Notes: generated from the sequence alone by a model not told the origin. A stretch of 64,000 bases of DNA from the human T2T-CHM13v2.0 reference genome, Homo sapiens (GCF_009914755.1 NC_060927.1); one strand, 5' to 3'. Shown: positions 29,713 through 42,983, numbered from the stretch's first letter. A program made the numbers and translations.

Positions 29713-32514
29713 AAACAGGTGAAGACAATGAACAAATGGCTCCACTTTTGTAACCAACAGAGGTTGATTTTCTTTTTGTTTCTGCAATTTAGAAATGTCT
29801 ACGTCTTTTATAATTTATAAGAGTTTAGAACAAAGTATGAGAAGAAAAATAAAGCCTTAGGTTATATTTTCTGGCTGCCAATATTTTTATGAGGTTCTCC
29901 TTGCAAGACACACCTAATTATTTGGCCCACTCAGATTATGTATCTATTTTGAAATGTCAAAATAGTAAGTTATCCCTACAGTGTAGTAAAGAAAATCTAT
30001 ATAAATCCTGATGGAGGCAAAATTTCTACTGCTGCAAAGCAGGGGAATACATCTTTCCTGGCAAAGAAAGAAAGTTTGAATGAAAGCTACACAGGCTTTA
30101 CCGAATATGATATGTGTAAATAATATTCTTGTACAATGGGAATTGCTCAATTCAGAGAAGATAAAGTTGAACTCAGTGTTTATTTTCTGCATAATGAGAG
30201 CGTACACATATTGGGTTCAGGGTCATTTCTGTCCATCACGTTGCAATTCTCCTAGCTGTCATGGTCATTCCACCCTTCATTTTCAATTCCTAGCTTTTTT
30301 TTAATGGCTAAATAATTCAAAGATAAAGTACCATACCCTGGATGTTCCTTGAAAGATAGTTTCTCTCTCCAAAGGGGAATTACCTTATGTCTGGTTTGAA
30401 AGTAGAAAGAGTGAAAATCTTGAAACTCAGACGGCTGTGCACCCTACTTTATCAAAGACAGGAATTAGGGGAGAATAGATAAAATTTAAAAATACATTAA
30501 AAATTAGTAGGAAAGTTTCTTATTTGCGATGTAGTTATCCCTGAGTTATTCTATTCCTAGAAATTTGGTTAAGTAAATCCATAACTGTCTCCTTTATGAA
30601 AACTGCCACATAAAAAATCTTGAGTAATAGAGAATTGGTAAATAAGTAGTAATTTTATGATATATACTAGGGCTTCTGAAGCTATTCCTTTTTAGTTTCT
30701 AATTATGTCTTGATATCTATATTTACTGTAATTTGAACATATATGAGAAAAACTTACAATCTGTTGAAAGGAAAGGATATTCAGTTGTCATATGATTTAT
30801 CTAGAATGTTAAACGTTTAAGCTTCTTTAATTTATTTTTGTATTATGATTTTTTTATTGCTGCTATTAAATAGATTACTTAACTGGCAATACATGATTTA
30901 TTGAAAAAAATTTAAACAAAATGCACTGAATAGTGTTATGAATGGTACCTATAAAATATTTTTTTCTGAATGTAGTATTATATATATTCAAATAGTGAAC
31001 ATAATATTTCTCAAACAAGGAGTATTTTAGCTCTGAGATAGTACATGTGATTCTCCAGTTGCCATGATAACTAGTTTTTATTTTACAAAAGCACAGATGT
31101 ATGAAGCAAAAAAAAAAAATAGACAAGAAAAAAAGCAATTTTTCCAGAAATGGTACATCTTGTTTAACCCAAACATTGAATTTCTTTCCTTTGCAACTGA
31201 TAACTTTTGAATCTTTATTACAAACAAAGCAGATAAAAAAAGATATTAAACTTTAGCATTTGCAATACATTTTGAAATAAAAATCAAGTAAGTCTGGAGG
31301 ATGTACTAAATCAACTTGGCTGAAATCGGAAGGTGCCTAGTTAATTTATTAGCCACGTTTTCGCATTATCAAGTTTTACTTTGTGCATTGATACCTAAAG
31401 ATTATGCATTGAGATTTACAAAATTCTCAAATCCATTGTGTTTATACAGAATGCTCATCCTGAAATGAGATTAGAGATATATTTTGACTTTGTCTATATT
31501 GCTTAAAATATTGTCTTCTTTCTAACAAAGTACCCCCAATGTGCTCTACTCAACAAGAAATATACTCCTCTCTCTAACACTTCTGTATTTTCATAATGCC
31601 TTCAGAATAATAATGTTAAATATGAAATACTAAAATATGTTTAAATATAGAATAATTTTGAGTTCAATTCTAAGAAAGCATTGATTTTTGCTTGAAAAAA
31701 CAAACCTCAGTTTGACTTAACTGTGCTTTAGAATTATATGTTTTTATTGCTGTAAAATATTTTGAATCAAGGTAAAACATTTGTTGAATTATATACTATC
31801 TCTCAGTTGTGCAACTGTATGCAGAACATTCTGAAGTAAATATAATTTCAATATTTCCCCAGTCATTATTTGGCACCTATTTCTTAACCTCCTGAAAATT
31901 AAAAGAGTCCCAGGGGGTTCAATAGTAAAGGTTCTCAAGATAATTTTTGTAAATCGATCCTAGGTTGAAGGTAGTTGAAAGGCATTTTTTCAGAAATCAG
32001 TCCAATTGCTGACAGGGGAAATTTTGTTCCCCCAGGAAATACCTATAGCATTGTTCTACATGAAATTCAGTATCTCTGACCAAGTCAGTGAAAAATTTTC
32101 CATTTTTGACCCTTTCATTTTCTCATCTTCAAATTTCACCTCATACCTCTCCCTTCCAGAGAAACCATTGTCAAATCTGCATCTGTACTGAGGGTCTCTA
32201 AGTAAGTGATGATGGTATGTACATTGAAATGTTTATTTTAAGACCATGTGTTTCAAAAAATAAAGAAACAACCAGTGAATGTCCTCTCACCCACATTCTA
32301 AAGTTAAATAGTCTGTAACGAAATTACAGAATTAGTTTGTGTGCTATCTATAGCTTTAAGTAGGAAAAGGTGAGAAATTCTTGTGGAAAATAGAACCTGG
32401 TCTGCAAAATGAGTCACAGTGGCATTTCAACATGTTAATTGTGTAGCTCCTGCACTTGGTTTTGAAAATCTGCCTCTCCACCTGCTAGGAGCATAGACAG
32501 TTAGAAGCATTTCT

Positions 32515-32690
32515 TAGAACTTTGTAACTCAAAAGTGGTTTCTGGACTAGAAGCATCAACATCACCTGTGAGCTTTTTAGGAATGCGTAATCTCAAGTCC
32601 CACTCCAGACTTGCTTGCTCTGATTCTGCGTTTTAACAAAATACTCTGGTGATCTTGAGCATATTAATGTATGACAAACATTGTTCTAGA
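32515..32690. mobile_element. MER5A/B hAT-Charlie MITE
   Basis: GCATCAACATCACCTGTGAGCTT...CCCACTCCAGAC...CTGCGTTTTAACAA. Confidence 0.8.
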
Positions 32691-32839
32691 GGAGATGTAG
32701 TGATTTAACATGTCACCTTCTTCTACCTAGATTCCAGCATGATCACAAACAAAACATCTGACAACTCAAAAAAGTATCTCCATGTGTTTCCACACATGGA
32801 CCAATTTGGACTGGAATGAAAAGTGTGAGCTACCACAAA

Positions 32840-32945
32840 CAGTTCCTCTTCAGGTACACTGCTCAATGCTCTTACAAACATTCTTTCATGTAATTATTGT
32901 ATCAATCTTTCTCAGGTAATAAGACCTACTCTATTATTATTATTA
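32840..32945 (-). mobile_element. MIR, split by Tigger4; remainder at about 35726-35830
   Basis: MIR core text on both sides of the transposon. Confidence 0.55.
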
Positions 32946-35725
32946 CAGTTTGAATATCCCTTATCCAAAATGCTTGGGAACATTTTAAATTTCAGATTTC
33001 TTCAGATTTAGGAATGTTTCCATACATATAATATCTTGGGACACGAACCTATTCTAAACACTAAATTTATATTTTTATACAACTGGTACACATAGCCTGA
33101 AGGTAATTTTATATAATATTTTAAGTCATTTTGTCCATGAAACAAAGTCTTTGTACATTGAAACATCAGAAAACAAAGCTGTCACTATCCCCACCTCCCA
33201 TGTGGACAATCTGTGTTTTTTGGCATCATCCTCATTCCTGACCCCAACTTTATACGTTACTGATAAGCAACCATTTTTTTACACTTATTCACACATAAGT
33301 AATTAACAGTAAAATACACGATATACCATTAACGCATTGAAAAAAAAAAAAAAAACATCATGTTCAGGGTAAGCAGCATAGTGGAATCAGTAGGATACCT
33401 GCATCCACTATTAAACAAAAACAAGAAGAAGCAACAGCAGACTCTACCTATGATGCTGGTTTTGATTGAAAGATAACTGTACATTGCATTTTATTTTGTT
33501 GGTGAGAAAAACTACAGAAGCAGCTGAAGGACCAGGATGCAGGTCCTCTAGGAATGAGGAGGCATTCTAATGGGTAGCTTTTCAAAGTGTTTCCTCCAGA
33601 GTCATCTGCCTCATTAACAGTGGGTTTTATATTAGAAGTATCTCTTGATTCTATAAACTAGCACGATTTTTTGTTCAGCTTTGAATGCATGCTGCTCTAG
33701 TTCTTCAGTAAGCCTATCACACATTTTCACCATATCATCTCTAGGCACTTTTTCTCCAGTGTTAACATCTTCATTGTCCCTATTTTCACAATTACCTTAA
33801 TTCAGAACCATTTTGTCTACTTCACCATTGGTAAAAATATGAATAACTGGAGCCTCATTATTAATGTTAAAAATTGCTTTAGTATCCACTTTTCCAGCTT
33901 ACTGAGAGACTCTGAGGGTTATTTTTACACCCAGTCAGGCATCACTTTTTCCTTACTTGAAATACAAAATTCTTCAAAGTCAGCAACTTGTTCATCATCA
34001 TCACTGAACATAGTTGCAAGGCAGAGGGTGTTGTCAGGCATGTACAACTATGTCTTTAGTCACTGTGTTCCAAGTGTTAGCAACAGCATATATAGCATCC
34101 TTCACAGTAAACTCCTTTTGAAAACCTGCCACATGCGTGCCTCTGTTCACTGCTGCTAGCATACTGTTCAAGTAAGTATTTTTATTTTTACGCCTGTTGA
34201 TCTAAGAATACCCTGGTCACGTGCCTGAATTAATTAAGTCACATTTGGGGGAAATATAGATGTCATGAGCATTGTTTTTGATGAGAATTTCAGCTGAAGA
34301 GTGAGCAGAATAAGTGTCAAGGAATAACAAAATCTTGCAGTTGTCATTCAGTTCAAATTTCCTCCAGTAAACACAAGGCTTTGGCAAATAATATTTGTGA
34401 AACTAATCAGAAAAAAATGTCTCTGGTGGCCCATGCCTTTTTGTTAGCAAAATAATGGACTGGTAAGAAATTCATTCCTTGAAAATAGAGAGGGGCCAGG
34501 TGCAGTGGCTCACTCCTGTAATCCTAGCACTTTGGGAGGCCGAGACAGGCGGATTGCTTGAGGCTAGGGGTTCAAAACCAGCCTGGCCAACATGATGAAA
34601 AACCGTCTCCACTCAAAATACAAAAATTAGCCAGCCGTGGTGGTGGGTGCCTGTATTCCCAGCTACTCAGGAGGCATCTGTAATTCCTGTAGGGGCTGTC
34701 TCATCTACCACAGTGTTTTTATGGGAAAATAGTGCCAAAACAATGATGTTTCATCAATATTTTAGACTTCTTCTGGCATCATTTTTTTTAAATCAGCAAT
34801 GATATTCGCAACATTATCAATGAATTTCTCTGCTGCTTTGCAATCTGCAGATGCTTTAACAACACAAATTTTTAACAATTTAATGTCATATATTTTGTTA
34901 AATTTCTGAGACCAGCCTGTTGAGTGTTCATAGTTCCCTTCAATTTTCAGGTCATTGTGATTTAGTCTTTATTTGTTTCATGATAAGCATACCATTAAGA
35001 AGCCAGTGTTCACTGTGACACTAATGGATATACTTATCCAATATACAATTAAGATCTTCATTTTTAGCTTAATGCAGTACTTTTCTATTTTCATTAACTT
35101 CTGTTTGAAACTTTCAGCATAGAAATTCAACAATTTATCCTTCTGTTTTTTCAGGTCATATATGGTGGTCACCCCAACACTATGCTCTTCTGTAAAACAT
35201 TTTACACTTACAGCCTTGTCCAGTTTCTCTCTCCAACAACTTGACTTCCTGTGCTATAGATAAGTATCAATGCCTCCTCTTTTTTAAATCACTGTGGCCC
35301 ATAAAGATATTTCTAGGCCTCTTGACATTTTCAACTCTATTTTTACACCACAGACCTGAGAATAATGAAAAAATGCAGTAAGTAATGTACATAGGTCTTT
35401 TCCTCATGTGGGACATTGCGGGTAACCTGACATTGGTGAGACTGGACTGAACATATGCCATTTTATTACCCTCTGTGGCTGTGCCTGTGTGGGAGAATCC
35501 GTATGTGTGTGGGAAAGGTCTGTCACATCTGAAGAGGGCTGGAAGGGTCTTTTCTCCTTTGATGATAATGAATAAACTGCATGTTGTGCACCTGTGTATT
35601 GACCATGACCCATCACGTGAGGTCAGCGTGGAATTTTCTACTTGTGGTGTCATGTTGGCACCCAAAAATTTCAGATTTTTGAGCATTTTGAATTTCAGAT
35701 TTTTGGATTAGCTATACTCAACCTG
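32946..35725 (-). mobile_element. Tigger4 (Zombi) TcMar DNA transposon, near full length, decayed transposase
   Basis: TIR-like ends CAGTTTGAATATCCCTTATCC and GGATTAGCTATACTCAACCTG; TA at the left flank; minus-strand peptides GVTTIYDLKKQKDKLL, DETSLFW, LPVHYFANKKAW of pogo/CENP-B/Jerky type. Confidence 0.88.
34494..34675 (+). mobile_element. Alu, 3'-truncated (no tail), inside Tigger4
   Basis: left monomer plus start of right monomer, ending CTACTCAGGAGGC. Confidence 0.93.
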
Positions 35726-35834
35726 CAATGTTTATATTTACATAATATGAATGAAGAGAGGCTTAAAATAAGGTCAAATAACTTTCTCAAAATTGCAGAT
35801 GGTAAACACTGGGCCATTTTATTAAGATTATTGT

Positions 35835-36280
35835 GAAGCTTCCTGATTGATCTCAGTGATCTCAATCTCACTGTATGTCATACTGCTACCAGAATAATTT
35901 TTCAATATGTAAATCTAATTCTACTAGTTACCTGCCTAAAATCTCGAGGTAGATTCCCATATGATTTGAAAGTATTTTTTGACTTTTTCTTGCATATTGT
36001 TCTTTTTGTATGGGCCACTGCAATAATTCTGGACTTTTTCCAAGCTAAATTATTTATTGCTCCCATTACTTGTTTACATGTGCTCTTCCCGCTGCTAGAG
36101 CTTTCTCCATTCTTTTATTCATATGCTCAATTACAATTCTTTCTTTAAACATGTTTCATCACACCTAAGAAGTTGTTTCAAACATCTCAATCTGATATAA
36201 AATGAACTCTGTATCAAACTTTATCAGCCCCTATCCCATGCTATTAAAATTATTTCTTTCTTACCAGGCACACTTTTGAA
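35835..36280 (+). mobile_element. L2 fragment
   Basis: TACTGCTACCAGAATAATTTTTC...CTACTAGTTACCTGCCTAAAATC L2-like text. Confidence 0.55.
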
Positions 36281-36296
36281 ACTACAAACTTTTGAA

Positions 36297-36298
36297 TA

Positions 36299-36337
<39 letters not shown>

Positions 36338-36400
36338 CATACATACTCAATATACTTATATACTCAATATATGTGTCTGTATATATATATATAAAAATAA
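36297..36400. repeat. (CA)n followed by a (TA)-rich microsatellite
   Basis: seen directly. Confidence 0.9.
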
Positions 36401-36501
36401 TATATATGTATGCATTAATCGTGCAGATTTATGTAGTTCTGCATAATTTTTTCATTTTGTCAGTTCACACAAAAAGTACTCATTAAGACCTTGTTGTAGG
36501 A

Positions 36502-36736
36502 CAAGCACTGTGCTAAAAACTGTTGAGAAAGAAATAAATTATATATATATATATACACAATATATATAAATTATATTTTAAGAGCATATATATATAAAAT
36601 CATGCTACAAGGTTTTATATTGTAGTTTGATTATATTTATACTTAAAAGAGTATAATTTATATATATGTTATACATGCATAACATATATATATACATAAG
36701 TTATTTCTTTCTCAACAGTTTTTAGCACAGTGCTTG
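36502..36736. repeat. perfect 36-bp inverted repeat flanking a 163-bp TA-rich spacer
   Basis: CAAGCACTGTGCTAAAAACTGTTGAGAAAGAAATAA at 36502-36537 and its exact reverse complement at 36701-36736. Confidence 0.96.
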
Positions 36737-36739
36737 GTA

Positions 36740-36920
36740 ATTTATATTGATCTAGTTAATTCTAATTTTAAAAACTTGTGAAGATAATATTATCAGCCCA
36801 TTTTATAGATAGTAAATTGAAATTTAGAGAGGTTATTTTGTTGTCCAAGATCACACATGCTGAAGATAACAGAAGCCAGGACTCAAACAAACCCAGCTTT
36901 TTCTGATTTGAAAACAACTT
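36740..36920 (-). mobile_element. MIR
   Basis: CCCATTTTATAGAT...AGAGAGGTT...TCCAAGATCACAC...AGCCAGGACTCAAAC. Confidence 0.8.
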
Positions 36921-38344
36921 TGACAGAATATACAGGAGTTCTCAACTCTTCTGCATCATCGCTTTTACTCAGATTAAGCCCTCATACAATTAACAATATT
37001 CCTCCATGAATAATGTTCTTGGAACTATGCAGCAGATAGGAGCAGGACGGTTCTGCAAATGTTCTGAGCTGATAATATATACTCTGATTAGGATGAGTAT
37101 GTGAAGGAAGAGGATCATGCCTTACATTGCAACACAGCCTTCACTGATTCCTTCAAAGTGAAGTGTCTCAAGTTTAAATGTTCAGGTTCTATTTAAACAT
37201 TTTGGTATTCAGTCACCAAATTTTCTCTGTTAACACAAATTGCTTCCCACTTATTCTTAGGCTACTTTCCAGAGACTCTGTAATATCCTTAACTTTTGAA
37301 TTGAGATTTTTGGAAGTCCAGGATATGCTTCACTCCCAGCCCCAGTTTTTATACCTGTAGACATTTTTTTCTCTTTTCAGCAAATGGAGAGGAATGTTCC
37401 TGAAGATTGTGAGTGGCTATGCTGGTGCAGATTATTATGATACCTAAGTGAGGTACTAGTAGTCCATAGGACAAAATTTTTTTTAATAAGTCAAATCTAA
37501 TTCTACTGCTAAGGTGTTAAAGACATATAAAATGTTAAAATCATTTACTTATTTTAATATATTATGTTACTTAATATTCTCCTAGGTTTCACATGCTAAA
37601 TTTCAGTCTACAATAAATTTTATAGCGAAATTTAAAACTCTCAAAATAGAATTTTAATAGAAATGCTAAGATATTCTCAGTGTAGCTGCATAAAATTTGC
37701 AGAGTTTTTTAAAGAACCATTTCCGTCATGGTTTAAAACATATGGCAGGTCTTTTTTGGAAGTCGTCTGATGGTATGTAGAATTTGTAGTTACAAATATT
37801 CTGCCATTTAAATAAGCTCACTCAACTTCACCTTTCTGAATTAGCAGAACTTAACTATTCATTGTCAACTGATTCATGAATATAAAACCAAGCTTCATTT
37901 GGAACATATGGCTTAAAGATAATAAATTTAAATGCCTGATGTAAAGTAAATTAGAATTGGGATTGTAATGCTGATAGCTTTTTCTATGAGACTCTTATAA
38001 CATCTGTCCAGAAACCTTAATTTTTTTCAGATGTTTTTCACATGCTGCTTCAAGGCTCTATATGTATATGTGTTATAACTTTCCTTCAAGAGAATAATTA
38101 GAAAAGTTATTAAGAATTCAAAGGTATATGTGTGACAAAATAAAACTGTATAACATCACTTTTAGAAGAGCTTAATAGTTACCAATAGACAAGAAAAGAG
38201 TATTACAATAAAAAAAAATTAGACATTGGATTGGGATTTGAACAGGTTTAATTAATATTGAAAATGCTTCTAAATAGATTTCTATATCAAAAACAGACAC
38301 TATTTTAGATACAGCAACTCTTGTTTTTTAAGCTTTTTAATGTA

Positions 38345-38770
38345 TGACAGGAATTAGGATTTAGAAACTGAATTTCCCAGTATCTCTTGTCAGTATGGTT
38401 AGATCCCAACAATGAAAGATAATTATAAAATATTTTGGAGATAGAAGAAAAATAGAATAATTATTTTTCAGTCAAAAGCTCTGGGCAGGCATGTGACTTT
38501 GGCAAATGTCAGCTGCTGTGAGGTTTTGCCAGCACCTTCCATATGTCCTCCTGAGAACCATCCAGTCTAATATTGTAGGCAGTTGAGAACATCGGTGCTA
38601 ATTTTCTGCCATTCTTCTATTCCTGGTTTTGTAAAGTTTACTAAAAGTTCCCTGATCTTCACTACACTAGCACCTCCAGCAAATATGCAGACCTCTAATT
38701 CTCAGTGTTAAATTCTTTTCTATTTGAAATATCTCTAGTACTTTCTGTCTTCATGACTCTTAATGATAGG
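38345..38770 (+). mobile_element. possible old ERVL LTR (LTR33/LTR41-like)
   Basis: 3' end TTAAATTCTTTTCTATTTGAAATATCTCTAGTACTTTCTGTCTTC resembles these LTR ends. Confidence 0.35.
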
Positions 38771-39194
38771 TTACATCTACTATGCAAGCCTGTGATTCGT
38801 TTAAAGAAATTGGGCTAGATTTCTGTCATTTAAAAATATTACAATAGATAAAAAAGTAAAACCTTTTCAACAACCCAGAGGCTTTTAATCAACAGTTTTT
38901 ATTGATATGTGTTTCAAGAGAGAAAAATGTATTAATATTTTATTGACATTAATATCATCAGAAACTTCCACTGATATGAATGTATCCTTAGAGCACCTGC
39001 AGAACTTCAGAGTGCATCATTTATATCCCAGACTAAGCAAATGGCACTGCTAAAGTTGTGTAGGACAGTCTGTGTACCACAACCTGTGTAGCTACACTAA
39101 TGTACCTGTTACAATACAGTTTCCGTTGAAGAAAAAAAAAAGCTCATACTTTCAAATATTTTTTTTCAAATGTAATACAATTATACCAATTCAG

Positions 39195-39345
39195 GTTTTT
39201 GCTTTCTTTTGTTTTGTTGTTTAAAAGAGATGGTGTCTTACTATGTTGCCAAAGCTAGATTCAAACTCATGGGCTCAAGCAAGTCTCCCACTTCAGCATT
39301 CAAAGTAGCTGGAACTACAGGCATGTGCCACCACTCACAGCTAGC
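39195..39345 (-). mobile_element. Alu monomer (FLAM-like)
   Basis: GAGATGGTGTCTTACTATGTTGCC...GGGCTCAAGC...ACTACAGGCATGTGCCACC. Confidence 0.85.
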
Positions 39346-39506
39346 CAATGCAGTTTTTTCAATCAAGTTGAGCCATATTTATATAATGGACTATAGATCT
39401 ATAATCAACCATATATGAAGGAAAGTATCTGATCCAGCCTAGAAGCTATGATATTGTCTGAAATAGCTGAATTTAAAAAAAGATGGAAATATTAGATTAA
39501 AAATAA

Positions 39507-39960
<454 letters not shown>

Positions 39961-40561
39961 GTTAACTTAAGTTTTTCAACAAATTTTACCAGAGGTTATG
40001 GAATAAAATATATCTGAATCTATTCTGATAAATTCCCTGTGAATATAAAGATTTATTGTAAATTTTACTTTACATATAGCTTAATATATAGGATAGCAAA
40101 TTGTACGTAGATTGTAGAGTATTATTCATCAAATTCGTGGTCACCTATAGTAATTCAAAATAATACCTAAGTAAGAAAAGAAAATGATGGTTAGTCTGAT
40201 GTCATTGTTGATACTTAGAAAATATTAATAGTAAAAGCAAGTTTTATTAGTTTTGAACAAAATTCAAAATATGTATACCTGACTATAAGAAAGAGAGTAA
40301 ATCCATAGAGTGTAGAGGTGGAAAAGCAGTCTTTTGATTATAATTTTGGAGTGTAACAGTTTTTGTGTTAATGTGTGTGTGTCTTTTTCTTAATGTATAT
40401 ATTATTTGAGAATCTTCATTTATATCAATGAATATGTGGCAGAGTACAAGATGTTTTAATTTAACATGTTATTTAATGTTCTGTTGAATGGGTGGTGAAC
40501 TAAAGTTACACATTAATTCATATTTGCTTAAAGAAAATGTGTGTAGAACAGAGTCCTATGC

Positions 40562-40930
40562 TTATTCATTTAATCAGCAATGTATATTGAGTGTCTGCTC
40601 TGCACCAGGCAGTGTGATAGCAGTTTTATACATAATAATGAACATATCAGACATTTTTCTGTTGTCATAGACTTGTTATTTAGAAACAGACATTAATCAC
40701 ATGTAAATATATAGATGGATAGATCAGTAGATAAATATAATTCCAGAGTAATCGATTTTGAAGCAACGTGCTAGGATGCTGGGAGCTATAGGACTATTTA
40801 GGAGATTATCTGACCTAGTCCATGAGACATGAAAAGAGAGAGTAACTAAGTAAACATTTTCCTAGCAAAATGACATTTGAGCCAAAATATGACAGATAAT
40901 TTATCAGTTGGAGTTCAGACAAGGAAGCAG
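40562..40930 (-). mobile_element. L2 3' region
   Basis: TTCATTTAATCAGCAATGTATATTGAGTGTCTGCTCTGCACCAGGCA. Confidence 0.7.
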
Positions 40931-40941
40931 AGTCATTATAA

Positions 40942-41524
40942 TGTTACTGGTGGGTGGAGGGTCTTGACTATGAGTCATCCAGGTTCTTGGCATTTTGAAC
41001 AAAGATTTTGACAAAACACACAAACAAAGTAACAAAAGAATGAAACAACAAAAGCACAGATTTATTGAAATAAAAGTACACTCTACAGAGTGGGAGTAGG
41101 CTCAAGCAAGCAGCTCAAGAGAACTGGTTACAGAATTTTCTAGGGTTTAAATACCCTCTAGAGGTTTCCCTTGAGTTACTTGGTTACATCCTGTGTAAAT
41201 GAAGACTTGACCTGCAACCGGTCTGATTAGTTACAGGAGGTGACCAATCAGAGGCTGAAGTGAAGTTACAAAGTTACACTCTATGCAGATGAAGACCTGG
41301 CCCATGACCAGTCTGATTGATTGAGGGAGGGGACAAATCAGAGGTGCTTTCCATTTTTTGTCTGTGATGCAGTGGAATGGGAGGGGGTGTTGCAAAGGGA
41401 GTAGCCTCTGATCCCTTTGTTACTTGGGTGTAGAGAGGTGGGGTTTTTCTTTTAATTCAGTTTTAGGGAGTCAGTGCACATCGGCCTTAGGTTCTTTGCT
41501 TCCAGACCATATTCTCCTGTCTCA
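40942..41524 (-). mobile_element. ERV1 solo LTR (MER51-like)
   Basis: TG...CA termini; minus-strand start TGAGACAGGAGAATATGGTCTGGAAGCAAAGAACCTAAGG; repeated CCAAT-like blocks; AATAAA on the minus strand. Confidence 0.88.
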
Positions 41525-42819
41525 ATATGAGTTATATAATTAAAAGTTTAGTACAAGTATTAAACCTTAGGGTTGTAAGGCTAGATGGGAGAATTGAAGG
41601 TTGGAAGAGAAGAGTTAGGCAATCAGAGAACAATTAACTAGCTTCTGCCTAAAATACTTCCTGCCTAAGTACCAGCAGAGGAAAAGCTAAGCAAATCCAA
41701 TTTCATAAGAAGACTGTGAAGGGAAATTCCTAAAGAATTTGAGAGGAAGCTATTATTGTTGTGTAACTCTTGCCTTTATTTTGATCTGGGGTCACTGCTG
41801 TTTGTCAGATTATTAGCAATTAGGTAGACAAGATAGACATAGAGTGGAGGAGTTCAAAAAAAGGTCTGAAATCTACCAGGTACACTTGGGCCTCTCTCCC
41901 ATCTATGTGACCACAAAAACCCACTTACAGGGTAATTAATGGTGGTTACCTCACTTCTCAAATCTTCCACAAGTTTCTCTTTAGGCCAACTCTAATCAAG
42001 AACCCAACAAAAAAGGGATTCTAGGCAATGTAGTTCCCTACTTAACCAAGTGGCCAATAGAAAAAATATAGTCTATATGAGTAACAGCTAGATGATAATG
42101 ATTTTCGGAATAAGAGAAACAATCTAGAGACACAGGCCTGATGAATGCTGTATGCATCACTTTTATTAATTTTCTAATAAAGCAAACCCTTATTTCTATG
42201 CATCATTTAATGAAAACTGTTAGGTTTTAGTTTGGCTTTTAAGAGAAGTGGATTAAGCATTAAGCATTTGAATAAATCACATACGAATTTTTAAAAATAA
42301 AGTTATTAATATCATCATAAGCACAGATGATAAAAGAGAAATATCTACTTGCATTTCTGACTTTTTAAATGAACACTGAAAAGTAGAAGAACAATTTAAG
42401 ACTTAAGAAATGACGGTTAAGAGGGTTAGCAGTTCAGACTTCTGGATATATTTTATGGAAGCTAACATGATCCTGAATTAATTTTCTTCAGAATCTGAGG
42501 GCCACATAGTGTTTGCCTTCCTCTGGACAATTTCTTTTTTGTTTTGGGCCATGAAATAATTCATAGATTCACACCATTGCAAAAAATTCTTATGCATAGT
42601 GGAAATAATTGTTATGTGGCTTATGCAATTAGGAACTTTAGAAAGAGTGAAGTCATGCTGATATAAGAGGATAAGTATTTATTTGATATTAGGTTCAATT
42701 GATAGTCTATCTTCTTTCAATTTTTAAATTTTCTTTTTCTTTTTTTTCTTTCTTATTTGGCTATTGTTTCTAGGTTCTATAATGACTTAGGCAAGTTTTT
42801 AATTAAAATATTGATTATT

Positions 42820-42983
42820 ACACTTATCTGGAAGGGGAGATACCATAATCATGAAGGTGGTTTTTCCAGGGTGAGGCTAATCCATTGAACTCTGGGTGTG
42901 CTGACCCCTGTGATTTCCCCAAATGTGGGAAACTCCACTGCACAATTGGTGTTGGTGGAGGACTGTGTTCCTACTCTGCCTTG
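42820..42983 (+). pseudogene. retroposed full-length U1 snRNA pseudogene (RNU1 family)
   Basis: colinear with 164-nt U1 (GGGGAGATACCAT, GCTGACCCCTG, TTTCCCCAAATGTGGGAAACTC), about 25 substitutions by eye; A-rich tail; 15-bp TSD AAAATATTGATTATT at 42805-42819 and 43030-43044. Confidence 0.97.

Noticed and set aside
33839-35711. ORFs within Tigger4 as a domesticated TIGD/JRK gene
   Set aside because: Fragmented by frameshifts and stops, an Alu insertion and a deletion.
41530-42060. Possible old LTR fragment (GGGATTCTAGGCAATGTAGTTCC)
   Set aside because: Resembles ancient LTR motifs but is too decayed to assign or delimit by eye.
42820-42983. Functional U1 snRNA gene
   Set aside because: TSD and A-rich tail indicate retroposition; no PSE or canonical 3' box seen; protein-binding and Sm sites are mutated.
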